A stretch of DNA of 64,000 bases from Octopus vulgaris. Its lineage: Eukaryota. Location of the stretch: NCBI GenBank assembly GCA_951406725.2, contig OX597816.1, positions 102,610,001 to 102,674,000 on the forward strand. Reading direction: 5' to 3'. Below are positions 39,438-52,373 of the stretch, in pieces; within the stretch, counting starts at the first letter, position 1, and each line of letters begins with the position of its first letter. The notes beneath the pieces are model-generated. The model searched no databases. It was given only the letters and a program-made list of their open reading frames with translations, and was not told the DNA's origin. A program made the translations under genes and the position numbers.

Positions 39438-40271
39438 TTAAATAAGCATTAGTAGATGAGGCCTAGTCAATTGAAATTAAAAGGATTCCCACAACACGAC
39501 TTTTGTCTATGTTAACGGCTTGGAATAGAAGAAATGTAACATAGATGTTGGAAAGATTTGATCTTAAAATGTAAAGGGGTCGGTGTCAATAAGACGATAT
39601 ACTCTGTGTATTAAAATACACACTCACACATGCAGACATATACATACATATATAAGGGCATATATAAGAGTATGTGTATGTATATTATACACATACACAC
39701 ACTACATATATATATATTATATATATCTGTGTATACGTGTGTGTGTGTGTGTGTATGCATACACACACATATTTACGTATAAAAGTCTGTGAATGCGTGT
39801 GTGCATGTATGTATATATGTTGTGTGCGTAAAGGTGCACTCACACACCCACACACATAGATATCAGATATTTAGGTATGTGCTTGGTATTTTAAGTTTAC
39901 TGGATAGGGGTTTTTGTTTTTTTTCTTCACTTCCGGAATTCGAATACCGGGCCATGAAATATACACAATGAATGGATATATGAACGCAGAAGACAAGAGA
40001 GAGAGAGAGAGTGGGGGGGGGGGGAGAGAAATGGAAAGAGAGTGAGATAGAGGCAAGCTGTAAAATAGCAAAAAGCAAAGACCCCCCCCAAAAAAAAAAC
40101 AAAAATCATATGATTACAAGCCTTTAGCATCAACAAATTTGAAATAGGTTAGTTACACAACAGTAGTTATAGCATAAAACAAACGGAAACCCTAGGAAGT
40201 ACTTGCCGTGCGTTTTAAATATTCTACTTGATCTCGCAATTCGAACATAATCACACACTGTATGTATGTGC

Positions 40272-40303
<32 letters not shown>

Positions 40304-40835
40304 TTGTGTATATACACACACATATAGATATACACATACACGCGCGCACATACACGTTTTAGTTTACATTTTTTATTAGGATTTTCATTGAGAAACTGAA
40401 TGTTCATGGCTCTTGTAGACATCTCTCGGTCAATATGATACGTGTGTGTGTGTGTGCGTGAAACGGAGAGAGAGAGGGGGGAGAGAGAAAGAGTGAGAGA
40501 GAGATGGAAAGAGAGAAAAAGCTTGCCAAAGTTGCAAGAGAAACTAATTGGAAGCAGACAGCGAACGGAACCTAAACCCTGTGCAGCTCATTCGCCTCTG
40601 GGAAATCCTAGTTCCTGCAGCTCCACTAGTTATACTGAAAACACAGGAAGTGCTTTATAAAAATGCCTGCTGGGTAATAAGTGGAAACAAGCAAGGACAT
40701 TGATATTAACATGTCAATGTGGCAATGCAATAATCCTGACTTTCCACTCTCCACCGCCACTTGTTCGCTACAGCAAACTGTTCCAGCGTGACCAAATTTG
40801 AGAGTGGAATAATGATACAGAAAAATTGGCATCTT

Positions 40836-40957
40836 TTTTTTTTTGTTTGCTTGCTTGAGTTTTTTTTCTTTTGATTTTATTTTGTTTTATCCTTTTTTTT
40901 TGTTTGCTTGCTTGAGTTTTTTTTCTTTTGATTTTATTTTGTTTTATCCTTTTTTTC
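40836..40957. repeat. 57-bp tandem duplication, T-rich
   Basis: gtttgcttgcttgagttttttttcttttgattttattttgttttatcc starts at 40845 and again at 40902. Confidence 0.9.
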
Positions 40958-41010
40958 GTATTTGTTCCTTGTGTATGTATATGTTTGTGTGTGTGTATGT
41001 GTATGGGAAC

Positions 41011-41070
<60 letters not shown>

Positions 41071-42498
41071 GGAAGCCTTAAATATAAAATATGAAAGCCT
41101 ACATTAGTATCATGTGTTGGATACTAAATTTGAAAGAAGTCTACTTGGAACTAATTCCAACGAGTGTGTGTGCGCGCATATGTATACATACATACATACA
41201 TACATATATATATATATGCATACATACAATCCCTCTCTCTCTTTCTCTCGCTCTCGTTCTTTCTCTCTCTCTCTCTCTTTATATATATATATATACATAT
41301 GCATACATATAGGCATGTTTGTGAGTTTGTGTGTCTTTATATGTATATATAGATGTGCATATATGTGTGTGTGCGTGTACATATAAATATATATATATGA
41401 TCATGCGAACATGTGTGCGTATAAATACACACACATACAAGAGCGCATACACACACAGAGACACAAGTACACTCACATATATAATAAAAGTCCGTGTTGC
41501 CTAGATCCTCAAGTTTCCTCTAAAGGCTTATTGAACTGGTTGAAAAGACGTTAGGGGAAACTTCAAGTATCAAACAATAGGAACTTTTGCTGTAGAGTTA
41601 ACTCTATACTCAGTATTGAGTCACTTCATCGGTGAATATTTCGTTGTCACTCTTAAACTAGTTTCAATATGATAAACTCAATATAATATGTGTATGTAAG
41701 GCCTCCCCCACACATTCATAATACACATAGCACGGCTGGAATAAATTTTTACTGTTGCCTAATTGAGGTTCTATATTATTGATAAGGGAGAATTATATGA
41801 GGTAATTCTTTTATATAGAAGACACATGGGACTGACGTTTGGACCGTGGAGAAACTAATTAGCCACATGACTTAAAGCTAATTGAACGTTGCTATAACAG
41901 AAGACGTTTTGTAGAAGCCAAGACTCCAGATTATTTCTTGTACGTAATATTTGCTGATATGTTCCTTCATGGATTACCCCAGAGACTTGCCCAGCAGCCA
42001 CTTGAGATAAATTATATCCGTCATATAATCTGATAGAACGGCTGTTGCAAGCAGAAGACGCTGTTTAGAAGTCAATACTCCGGATCATTCGTAAGATGTT
42101 GCATTTGCGGTGAAGCAATTATAATCATAACGTTTCTTGTCAGTCGCCATTTTGACTGGAAAATATCCGTTGTTCGCGATTTCATTGAATCAATTAAAAA
42201 ACAAAAAAGAACCGGAAAAATTTGAATAAAATTTCCGCCTTAATTTCGTCGTTCATACTTTCTTCTCGTCAGCATCAAATTATATGATGTGTGTCTAAAA
42301 TAAAAGCATTCTAAACAAGAGTAAAACAACAATGCTTTATAAATATATTGACAGGGAAATAAAATGGACCCCCAGCTCCAGCTGCCGCAAGAAAATATAG
42401 ATACAAAACATCCTAACTTTTGAGTAACAATAGCAATAACAAAACAAACGCTAAATTGATGGTACCACTACTACCGCCATATACATACATACACACAC

Positions 42499-42550
<52 letters not shown>

Positions 42551-42780
42551 CTTTTATTTTTTTACTTGTTTCAGTCATTAGACTGCAGCCATGCTTACGG
42601 CACCTGCTTGAAGTGCTTTTAGTCGAAGTTGTGTGTGTGTGTGTGTGTGTGTGTATACCACGGGTTTCTTTCAGTTTCCTTTCACTAAATTCACTCACAA
42701 GGCTCTGGGCAGTCTAAGGCGATAGAAGAACACACCGAAGGTGTCATGCAATGGGACTGAACCCGGAATATGTGGTTGGG
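42551..42780 (-). mobile_element. SINE-B, internally deleted
   Basis: ttacttgtttcagtcattagactgcagccatgc...tttcagtttcc...cactcacaaggc...gggactgaacccggaa. Confidence 0.85.
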
Positions 42781-42997
42781 ACACACACACATACACACAC
42801 ATACATACACACGCAGATAGATTGATAGAAAGATAGATAGACAGATGTGAGCGTATATGTGAGTAACTTTATCTTGTGTTAATCTCTTTCGTGAACTTGT
42901 GTGTATAAATAATGATTGAACGTGTGTACATATATCTACACATGTTTAATCTGTATATACTAGTGTTAGAGCTTACGTGTGATTTTGCATGCACGCA

Positions 42998-43063
<66 letters not shown>

Positions 43064-43469
43064 TGTGTGTGTGTGTTTCTACTTGTGTAAAAGAAAAAAT
43101 ATGAAGAATGTATATATGAATATGAGAGAGAGAGAGAGAGTGAGAGAGATAGAAAGCGGGAGGGTGTGAACTTAACAAATATATTTGTATAAAACAGACC
43201 ACGTCATTGCAGGGAAGGACGTGTATCTGTTGGCAATCTCATTATATTTGTCATTTCTATTGTTGTTGCTTAGTCCTACGTCAACATGACTGAGCTATTC
43301 TATGACGAAACGCATTCCTACCGTGACCACCCGTATTCTTTGTATAACTTGACTGCATTGAACAATGTGTACTTCTTTTTTAAGAAGACGGTTGAAGTGA
43401 GATCTGAAGGAAATAGACTGCTATTTCTAGTTTTAGCAGAGCAAATTTCAAGTGACTCCCTGTTTGCAC

Positions 43470-43519
<50 letters not shown>

Positions 43520-43524
43520 TTTAT

Positions 43525-43800
43525 GCCGCATAGCAGTGTGGCTGAGAGAAAATTTCCTTAGAGAAACGTTCTTTATATGCATACTGTATATGTGTGTGTG
43601 CGCGCGCGCGTGTATCTCATCGCTTGACAAACGCTGTTGGTTTGTTTTCATCTCCGTAAGTCAGCAGTTCGGCAAAAGATGTCGATAGAATAAGTAGCAA
43701 ATTTAAAAAATAAGTACTGGTGTCGGTATTTTTCGACCAAGCCTTTTGAGGCTGTGCCCCAGCATGGCCACAGTTCAATGACTGAAACTAGTAAAAGAAT
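43525..43800 (+). mobile_element. SINE-B, internally deleted
   Basis: catcgcttgacaaac...gttcggcaaaaga...ccccagcatggccacagttcaatgactgaaactagtaaaaga. Confidence 0.8.
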
Positions 43801-44167
43801 AAACAAACGATTTATACATATTCAGGATAAATAAGATGTATATCTGTAGATAAATGTATGTATGTATATACTGATCAATTTTAAGACTCGGTAGTAATGC
43901 TGAAAAGGTTTAATATGATCGGAACATGTGCATTGCCTTCATAGCAGGCTTTAAAGTCAAGCTCCATTAGATCTCCATCGACTCTATTTTCTAAATATTG
44001 CAATTGTCTGATCTTACTACAGTTATATCCCAGTCTGGTTGCTTTAACGATTTTAAGTATCCACAGATTTTGCCTGTGTGTTGTGTAGATGATATCAGTT
44101 AATCGAAGCTTTTCAGCTTACTAGATTACATATGTGAGAAATTACCCTATATTTATATCAGTGCATG

Positions 44168-44219
<52 letters not shown>

Positions 44220-44358
44220 AGTAGTTTTGGTGCCTCTATGTCCGGTATGTGAAGATGAGGGGGAAAACGTGCAGACAGACTACATGTATGTGTGTGAAAC
44301 CCTCTCTGTGTGTGTGTGTGTGTGTGTGTGTATGGACGTCTATGTGTTTGTGTGTGTG

Positions 44359-44412
<54 letters not shown>

Positions 44413-44580
44413 ACCAAAGACGTACATATATGTGTGCGTGAGTGTGTGTTTGTGTATGTTTGTGCGTGCGTGCGTGTGTGTGTGTGCTCATGTGTGCGTT
44501 TGCATGTTAGAATCTGTCATTGTCCCCTTCGCAATCCGACTCTCGTTTTATCAGTTTAGCATTATACATACACACAACAC

Positions 44581-44613
<33 letters not shown>

Positions 44614-45009
44614 TATACACGGACTGCAGCACACACGCATACAGATACATACATATATATATATATACATAAATACGTACATACATATATACATGCATGC
44701 ATATACGGCTACCCTTCACAGTTCAGTACACGGAATCTACTCCTACTTACCTCTTCCTTTTCCCTCTCGTAATCCTCCTCTCCTCTCCTTTCCTCTGCTT
44801 TCTTACCATTTCTTCTCCTTCTCCATCTCCACCCCCTCTCTCTCTCTTGCTACTGTTGTGTACCTCCCCACAACACACACACACACACCCACATGCGAGC
44901 GCACACTCACACTTACACGCACATACACGTATATACGCAACCACATAACGCAACATGTTTAAACCTCCAACCAAAGTAATGCATCACTCATAGCCACATA
45001 CACGCAAAG

Positions 45010-45044
<35 letters not shown>

Positions 45045-45308
45045 CGCTCTCCTTTCCTGTCGTTTTAACTTACCCTCTGCCTTTTACATTTCCTTTCTTT
45101 TCTTCTCTCCTCTCTACACACCGCAACCTTTTATTTTGACACTACACACGCGCGCACACACACACACACACACGCGCGCGCACACACACGCACACACACA
45201 CACACGCACACATATTATAGTGGGGTAGGCCGCTGCCTACCCCACTATGATATTAACTACTCCACATCTTAGAGTGTGCTTCTCCGGATTTATGTATTTC
45301 TCCAAACG

Positions 45309-45382
<74 letters not shown>

Positions 45383-45422
45383 TAGTTGTTGTTGTTGTTG
45401 TTGTTGTTGTTATTATTATTAT

Positions 45423-45775
45423 GTCTTCTGCTATAGCCTCGGGCCGACCAAAGCCTTGTGAGTGGATTTGGTAGACGGAAACTGAAAGAAGCCCGTCGTA
45501 TATATATATCTATATGTATATATATATATATATATATGTATGTATATGTTTGTTGTTTGTGTCTGTGTTTGTCCCCCCCCCCCACCATCACTTGACAACC
45601 GATGCTGGTGTTTCTACGTCCCCCGTCACTTAGCCGTTCGGCAAAAAGAGACCGCTAAAATAAGAACTAGGCTTACAAAGAATAAGTCCTGGGGTCGATT
45701 TTATTCGACTAAAGGTTGTGCTCCAGCATGACCGCAGTCAAACGACTCAAACAAGTGAAAAAAGTAAAAGAGTAA
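45423..45775 (+). mobile_element. SINE-B, 5' truncated, well conserved
   Basis: ctatagcctcgggccgaccaaagccttgtgagtggatttggtagacggaaactgaaagaagcccgtcg...aataagtcctggggtcgatt...gctccagcatg...aaacaagt. Confidence 0.9.
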
Positions 45776-46082
45776 AGAGTATATATACGCACGCGCACTT
45801 ACACACACCAACTAACATTCCAATATTCCGCATACTAAGATAAGTCTTCATTACATACACGGGTATATATTACTAAAAGCATAAACACACATATATACAC
45901 TGTATACACACATATATACACTACCCAATATACATAGCAACAGGCTCATGCGTTGCAAATTACATACACATACATATCACTACACGCATATACATACACC
46001 AGACACATAGAACACTCACACACCATATTCCACATACACATTAGAACAACATAACAAACAGGGTAAATATACACGCGTACTA

Positions 46083-46280
46083 AGGTAGTGAGTTGTTAGA
46101 ATCGTTATTGCGCCGGTCAAAATGCATGACGGCCTTTCCTCCGGCTCTGTACTGTCTAAGCTCAAATGTCATTCATTCTTTCAGGGCCGATCAAATAACC
46201 CTTCAGTTGAGCACTGGTATTGATGTAACTGACTTACCCACACCCTTCAAATTTTCTGGCCTTGAATCCAAAATTAGAAT
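46083..46280 (+). mobile_element. Decayed SINE-A
   Basis: gagttgttagaatcgtta...cagttgagcactggtattgatgtaactgactta...ggccttgaatccaaaattagaa. Confidence 0.7.
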
Positions 46281-46332
46281 TATACACGTGTACCAAAAAA
46301 AACGCCTTAACAGAATCACACACACACACACA

Positions 46333-46374
<42 letters not shown>

Positions 46375-47074
46375 CTCTCTCTCTCACTCTTCCTTTCTCT
46401 CTCTCTCTCACACACACGCACGCATGCACACAACAACATATCGACACAAATCTCAAGTGGTAGCTTCTACGTGCGCGTTACTCAATATGCTAGATATGAC
46501 AACCAAATTTCCTTCAAACCACGCACGAACGTCTTACAAAAGAAGGACATGCTGGATAACGTGCTTCAGAGTTCTGTAAGCCTAAGAACAAGACGTGCTG
46601 GCCACGGCTGGAATATCTTTGATCACAGATCTACTCGATCAGTGTTGATAAAAAAAACAAAAAAAAAAAAATCAAGCACACATACATTCACACTGACTTA
46701 CCACAAACACACACACGGTTGCTTGACCTGCTAGAAATAGCAGCCGAATTTCCCGTATATCATACAATGCTGTACTAGATACATTACATCAGAAGAAATA
46801 TACGTGATGGCTAAAATATTTTTGATCATAGGTCTACCGTATCAGCACTGACCTAGGGTTAAACAATAACAAAAAATATGACTACTGTGGTATTACGTCA
46901 TCTCATCAAACAACATTGGCTCCATTTCCTCTATGCAACTATCACCGAGACACCAATTCCATCACCACTATAATCACAGCCACTATTACCATCAATACCA
47001 TCCACATACTACCACCATGACAACACCACGACAATTAGCATTACTATTATAACTTACATATTAAAAACTACTAC

Positions 47075-47123
47075 CTCTACCACCACCACCACCACCACCA
47101 CCACCACCACCACCACCACCACC

Positions 47124-47179
<56 letters not shown>

Positions 47180-47692
47180 CATCGCCACCGCCACCAATAA
47201 CGCCACCATAACCACCATCAAAATAACAACAAACGTCACCACAGATACCACTGCCGCTACTCCCACCACCGCTACTCCCACCACCGCTACAACAACCACC
47301 ATCACCACCATTATTACTACCACCTCAACCACTGTCACTACCACTACAGCCACAACCACCACCACCACCACCACCACCACCACCACCACCGCCACCACCA
47401 CCACCACCACCACCACCACCACCGCTATCATTAACCATTAGCATAACATTACTATACCACTGGCAATACGCTTCTACCAACATGGCTGCCATCAGCACCA
47501 CATGTGGTGTAAGTGGTACGGTCTCATACCACTTACTCATATCACATCTACCCTGTATCAACGATCCTTTTAATCGCATCTCATTTAGAGCAGCGGTACC
47601 ACCACCAGCATCAACTACCACCGCCGCCGCCGCAGCCGTTACCACCACCACCACCACCACCACCACCACCACCACCGCCACCGCCGCCGCCA
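47075..47692. repeat. (ACC)n/(AAC)n/(GCC)n low-complexity tract
   Basis: Directly visible. Confidence 0.9.
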
Positions 47693-49201
47693 CATATACC
47701 CCACTCTGCTAACAGCCCCAATGTCATCCTCACACGAGCTAAACGAAGGAGCCTCTTTCGTGGTTGCTCCATCTACTAGAAATAGAAACCAAATCTCCTT
47801 CATATCACGCCATGCCGAGCCGCGACTGGATATACCTTTGATCTTGGATCAGCTCGCTCAGGGCAGACTTGTGGGGGTCAAACAACAGCAACAACAGACA
47901 CCAGCAATAAGCAGCAATACTTCAACATTGCATCAACGCTATCTTATTCTTCAACACACCAAAATAATCAACAGCACCGATACTACCGCCGGCACCACAA
48001 CCCCTAACACCACTATCGCCACTGCCAACACTATAATCACCGACGCCATTATCCCAAACCAGCAATTTCTCAGTTTCCCTAAAGCTGGTTTCCTGCGGAC
48101 GCTGTTTCATCACATCAAAAGCAGAAAGCCCTTAGGAATATGTAAGTGAAGGGTTTCGCTATTAAATGTAACAGGAAATCCACAGGCTTCTGTTAAGCAG
48201 ATTTAACTTAATGCGTGCAAATAGTCACAGCGACGTCGTGATTACGCACTCACACACACACACACACACACACGAGATAGATATCTAAAAGAAATGTTTC
48301 ATGCATACGAGTGTAAGAGGGTGAGAAAACTGACACCGAACCGCGTACTGTGTGTGTGTGTGTATGTGTGTGTGTGTTGTGTGCGTGTGCGTGCGTGTGT
48401 AAACGTGTGTTTGTATGTCTTGATATGTGTGTATGTGTATATCTTCATATTTTTGTAAATATATATGTGTGTATATATATATATTCAGACGTTATGTATG
48501 AATATATATATATAAATGTATATACATATTCATACGTAATTTATGAATATACATCGATTCACACGCACACATATGTATGTATGTATATATATATATATAT
48601 ATATATAAGCACAAACGTGCATACACATTTTTATCATAAGTGAAATTGCCCAATATTTATACACGCTTACACACATACGCACAAACAATATTAGAATTAC
48701 ATACATAGATACATGCATACATACATACATACATACATACATACATACATACATACATACATACATACATACATACGTAGGTATGTATGTATCTATATAT
48801 CATATATGTATATGTAGCATACATATGTGTATTGTAGGTATGTATATATATGTACATATGTGCGCAAGTAACTGTATAGGTACTTATGTCTACCTAAATG
48901 TGCGCATGTATATACGTATATATGAGTGTAAAAGTGAGTATCTAGAAAATATATAATCATTCACCATATGTTTTCATCATATAAACTCATTGGTTTCTCA
49001 GTTTCTCTACTTCACTCTTCCAACCACGCTCCCTTAGCACACTTATAATAAATGACGTTACCCTTTTACATAAACCGACATGTTTGTTTATATATACATA
49101 CGCGTATATACTGAGGAGAGCGAGAGAGAGAGGGAGAGAGAGGGGGGGAGAGAAAGAGATACAGAGAAATATATGTAAAGAGAGATACAGAGAAATATAT
49201 G

Positions 49202-49266
<65 letters not shown>

Positions 49267-49341
49267 ATAGACACATATATGTACTTAGGTATGTATGTAT
49301 ATATATATATGAATGTGCATATATGTATGCGTATACATACA

Positions 49342-49372
<31 letters not shown>

Positions 49373-49722
49373 TCTTTTCCCGTTTCACTTACTCCAGTAC
49401 AGCGCCATACTTGGGAACCACCTTCAAGACCTCAATATTTATTTCATGTTGCTACAAGTTTTATCGCTCGCTTTTTGTCGAATCGGTAACCTATGAGACG
49501 CATATATGGACATAACATTAAGAGCAGTGGAACACTAAAATAGATGCGTTTCTTCAAAGTATCCGCGTTTGGTTGGAGTGATCGCCAGAGTACCTGGAAG
49601 TTATCTCCAGAGTACCTGACCAGAATACTTGCATCAATACAATATATTCTGCTAAAGATACTCAAGTACAAGGTGGGAGTGTCAAACAAGCGACAGATTT
49701 ATTCGTTTAACTGATAGAAAAC

Positions 49723-50240
49723 TACCGTATTTATTCATGTCCTTCTATTTTATACATGATTTTAACTAAAAAGATAAAAATCTGGATCCCACTTACACAC
49801 GAAACAAAACTAAAGCTACAAAGGGAATAAATTTTGTACTAAGATTTAACGCTAAATTACTGATGCGGCTTATACACGAATGCGTCTTATACTTAAGTAC
49901 AAAATATAAATGATATTTTCTGCATCTTTAGTCAGCCATTTTAATTCAGAATGACAGGCTGACAATACAGACCATTGCGTTAGTTGAAACTTGTCAGAGG
50001 CTCACTGATTTGTTACAGGCTCACTGAATTGAATTTGCTATACTCTACTCACGATACTGACTACTTTGTAGTTAATTATTACTACCGTGTATATAATATA
50101 ATATACATTGTACGTAATGGTATAAAAGACGCACGAGCATATTAGGCGCACCTCGACTTCAGCATCGCATATTCAGGAAAAGTTTTAGTGCGTTAAAATA
50201 TGTAGCATAGACCCAACTTCGCATACAGCACGGGAAGTAT
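49723..50240. mobile_element. Tigger/pogo-like MITE remnants (two pieces)
   Basis: taccgtatttattc start (49723), gcggcttatacacga / gcgtcttata subterminal motifs; second taccgt start (50083) with taaaagacgcac / taggcgcac. Confidence 0.4.
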
Positions 50241-50323
50241 GATTTTGGCACATTGTTTTAGAAGAAGAAATCCGTCTTCTATGGCATCAAATACGGCACA
50301 CAATAGCGCGCGCGCACACACAT

Positions 50324-50372
<49 letters not shown>

Positions 50373-51312
50373 TGCGTGCATTGTGTTCTATTTGTACATA
50401 AATACACGCACACACGCAAACACAAAAACACACATCCACACACATGATCAGAAACATAGCTATATACAAATTGTAGATATATAAAGGCCGCCGTCGGCCA
50501 TCGTTTGTCGTAGATAGGCGAGATTAAAGTATCCCCAAATTATATTACCTAGCGAAAGTCAAAAATGATGTTCTCTCCCCTGATAATACATTTATTCATG
50601 ACATTTCAGTCGTGAAATACCACTCATAGAATGAAGGCGCATTTCTACAGTTGATTATAACTACACTTTATGTGAAGTGAATTGTGTGAAACCCTGGTAT
50701 CGTCTATATTTAGATACTACACACTTCCGGCGGAAGTTTTTCTTTGAAACCACTCGTATTTCTCTGCATGCATGTACACACACATAAATAGCTATAGATG
50801 CCTTAGGGAATATATACATATATAGCTACGTTCCATCAAATACGCGCAAGTTTGTATATGAGTGGATATATGCATGTCTGTGTGTTTATACGCGTGTGTA
50901 TGTGCATGTGTATATAGTATATATATACCCTCAGATGTAAAACTGTGTTTGTGAGCGTTTTTCTTTACAGAGATAAGTGGTAACTTTTGAATCTGTTTAC
51001 CTTTGATAGATGCATGTATATATGTTGGTGTGCCGCTGCGTCATCTATTTTCCACTACCCTTGTTTCATGTAACCCATACTTTAACAATTCCCTTTCGTG
51101 ACGTCACATAACTCAATCACTTACACACACTCATTTTTCTTTCATCTACAAACACAATTGTATACACACACGCACAATATACACACGCACAATATACACA
51201 CGCATACACATATATTTATTGATTGACTGACTGAAAGATTGATGTATAATATATATTCTCGCTCGGCATTTTTCGGATGATTCAGGTCCCTGTTAGCGTA
51301 TAAGTTTACATA

Positions 51313-51348
<36 letters not shown>

Positions 51349-51426
51349 TATATACACGCACGCATTTACACATATACATATACATATACATACATGTATA
51401 TATATACATATATGTGTGCATATACA

Positions 51427-51460
<34 letters not shown>

Positions 51461-51488
51461 CATACATACATACATATATGCATATATA

Positions 51489-51795
51489 CAGTGGTTGGAC
51501 AAAATAAAGGAAACACCTAGCATCATAGTATCATAGTTCAATATTATTGAACATTTCTGTTGCATTTTAAAAAAACAAGTAAGAAGTCGATATGCTCCAC
51601 CATCATCACTACAAGAACTGGAGACTGTTTTAGCTGAAGAAAGGACAAAAGTTTCTTTGGAAACAATTCAAACTTTGTACGAGTCCATACCTCGTAGAAT
51701 TCAAGCTGTAGTTACTACCAAAGGCGATCCTATCCCATATTAAATTAAATTTGTTTGAAATTTTAAAGTGTTTCCATTATTTTGTCCAACCCCTG
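51489..51795 (+). mobile_element. Internally deleted Tc1 transposon
   Basis: TA-flanked 28-bp TIRs cagtggttggacaaaataaaggaaacac / gtgtttccattattttgtccaacccctg; open C-terminal transposase NIIEHFCCILKKQVRSRYAPPSSLQELETVLAEERTKVSLETIQTLYESIPRRIQAVVTTKGDPIPY*. Confidence 0.92.
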
Positions 51796-52323
51796 TATAT
51801 ACAGGGGCTGGACAAAATAATGGAAACACTTCTTTGCGGTCTCTCGATCTTCTAAAATAAGCAGCCAATTTATTCAGATTACACCCTTGGGTCTTTGAAA
51901 AATAAAAGTCCCATTGGGCGTTCAGGGTTGGAAAACGTTTGATCTCAGGTCTACTCGATGAGTGCCTACCCAGGGCTAAACAACATCAACAGTATTTATT
52001 CTTACTTGTGACGTCATTATACAAATTGCTTCCGCGTGTATGTAGTGTGTGTATGTGTGCATGTGTTTCTGTGTGTGCGTGCGCGTGTGCATGTTGATGC
52101 ACGTATGTAAATGTGTTTAACAATGTGTATGTGTGTATCATCGTGTACATTCGTTAAACAAATTAGACTTAAACAGTCTTAATGAATTCCAGTTAATGCC
52201 AGATTAATTAATTAAGTCCTGCAAAGCCTAAAAGGCAATGTCACCATATTGTAAAGGCAAGGCTGAGAAAGGAATATATACGTGTGTGTAAATATAAGGG
52301 TTATACAATTCTACACACTCACA

Positions 52324-52373
<50 letters not shown>

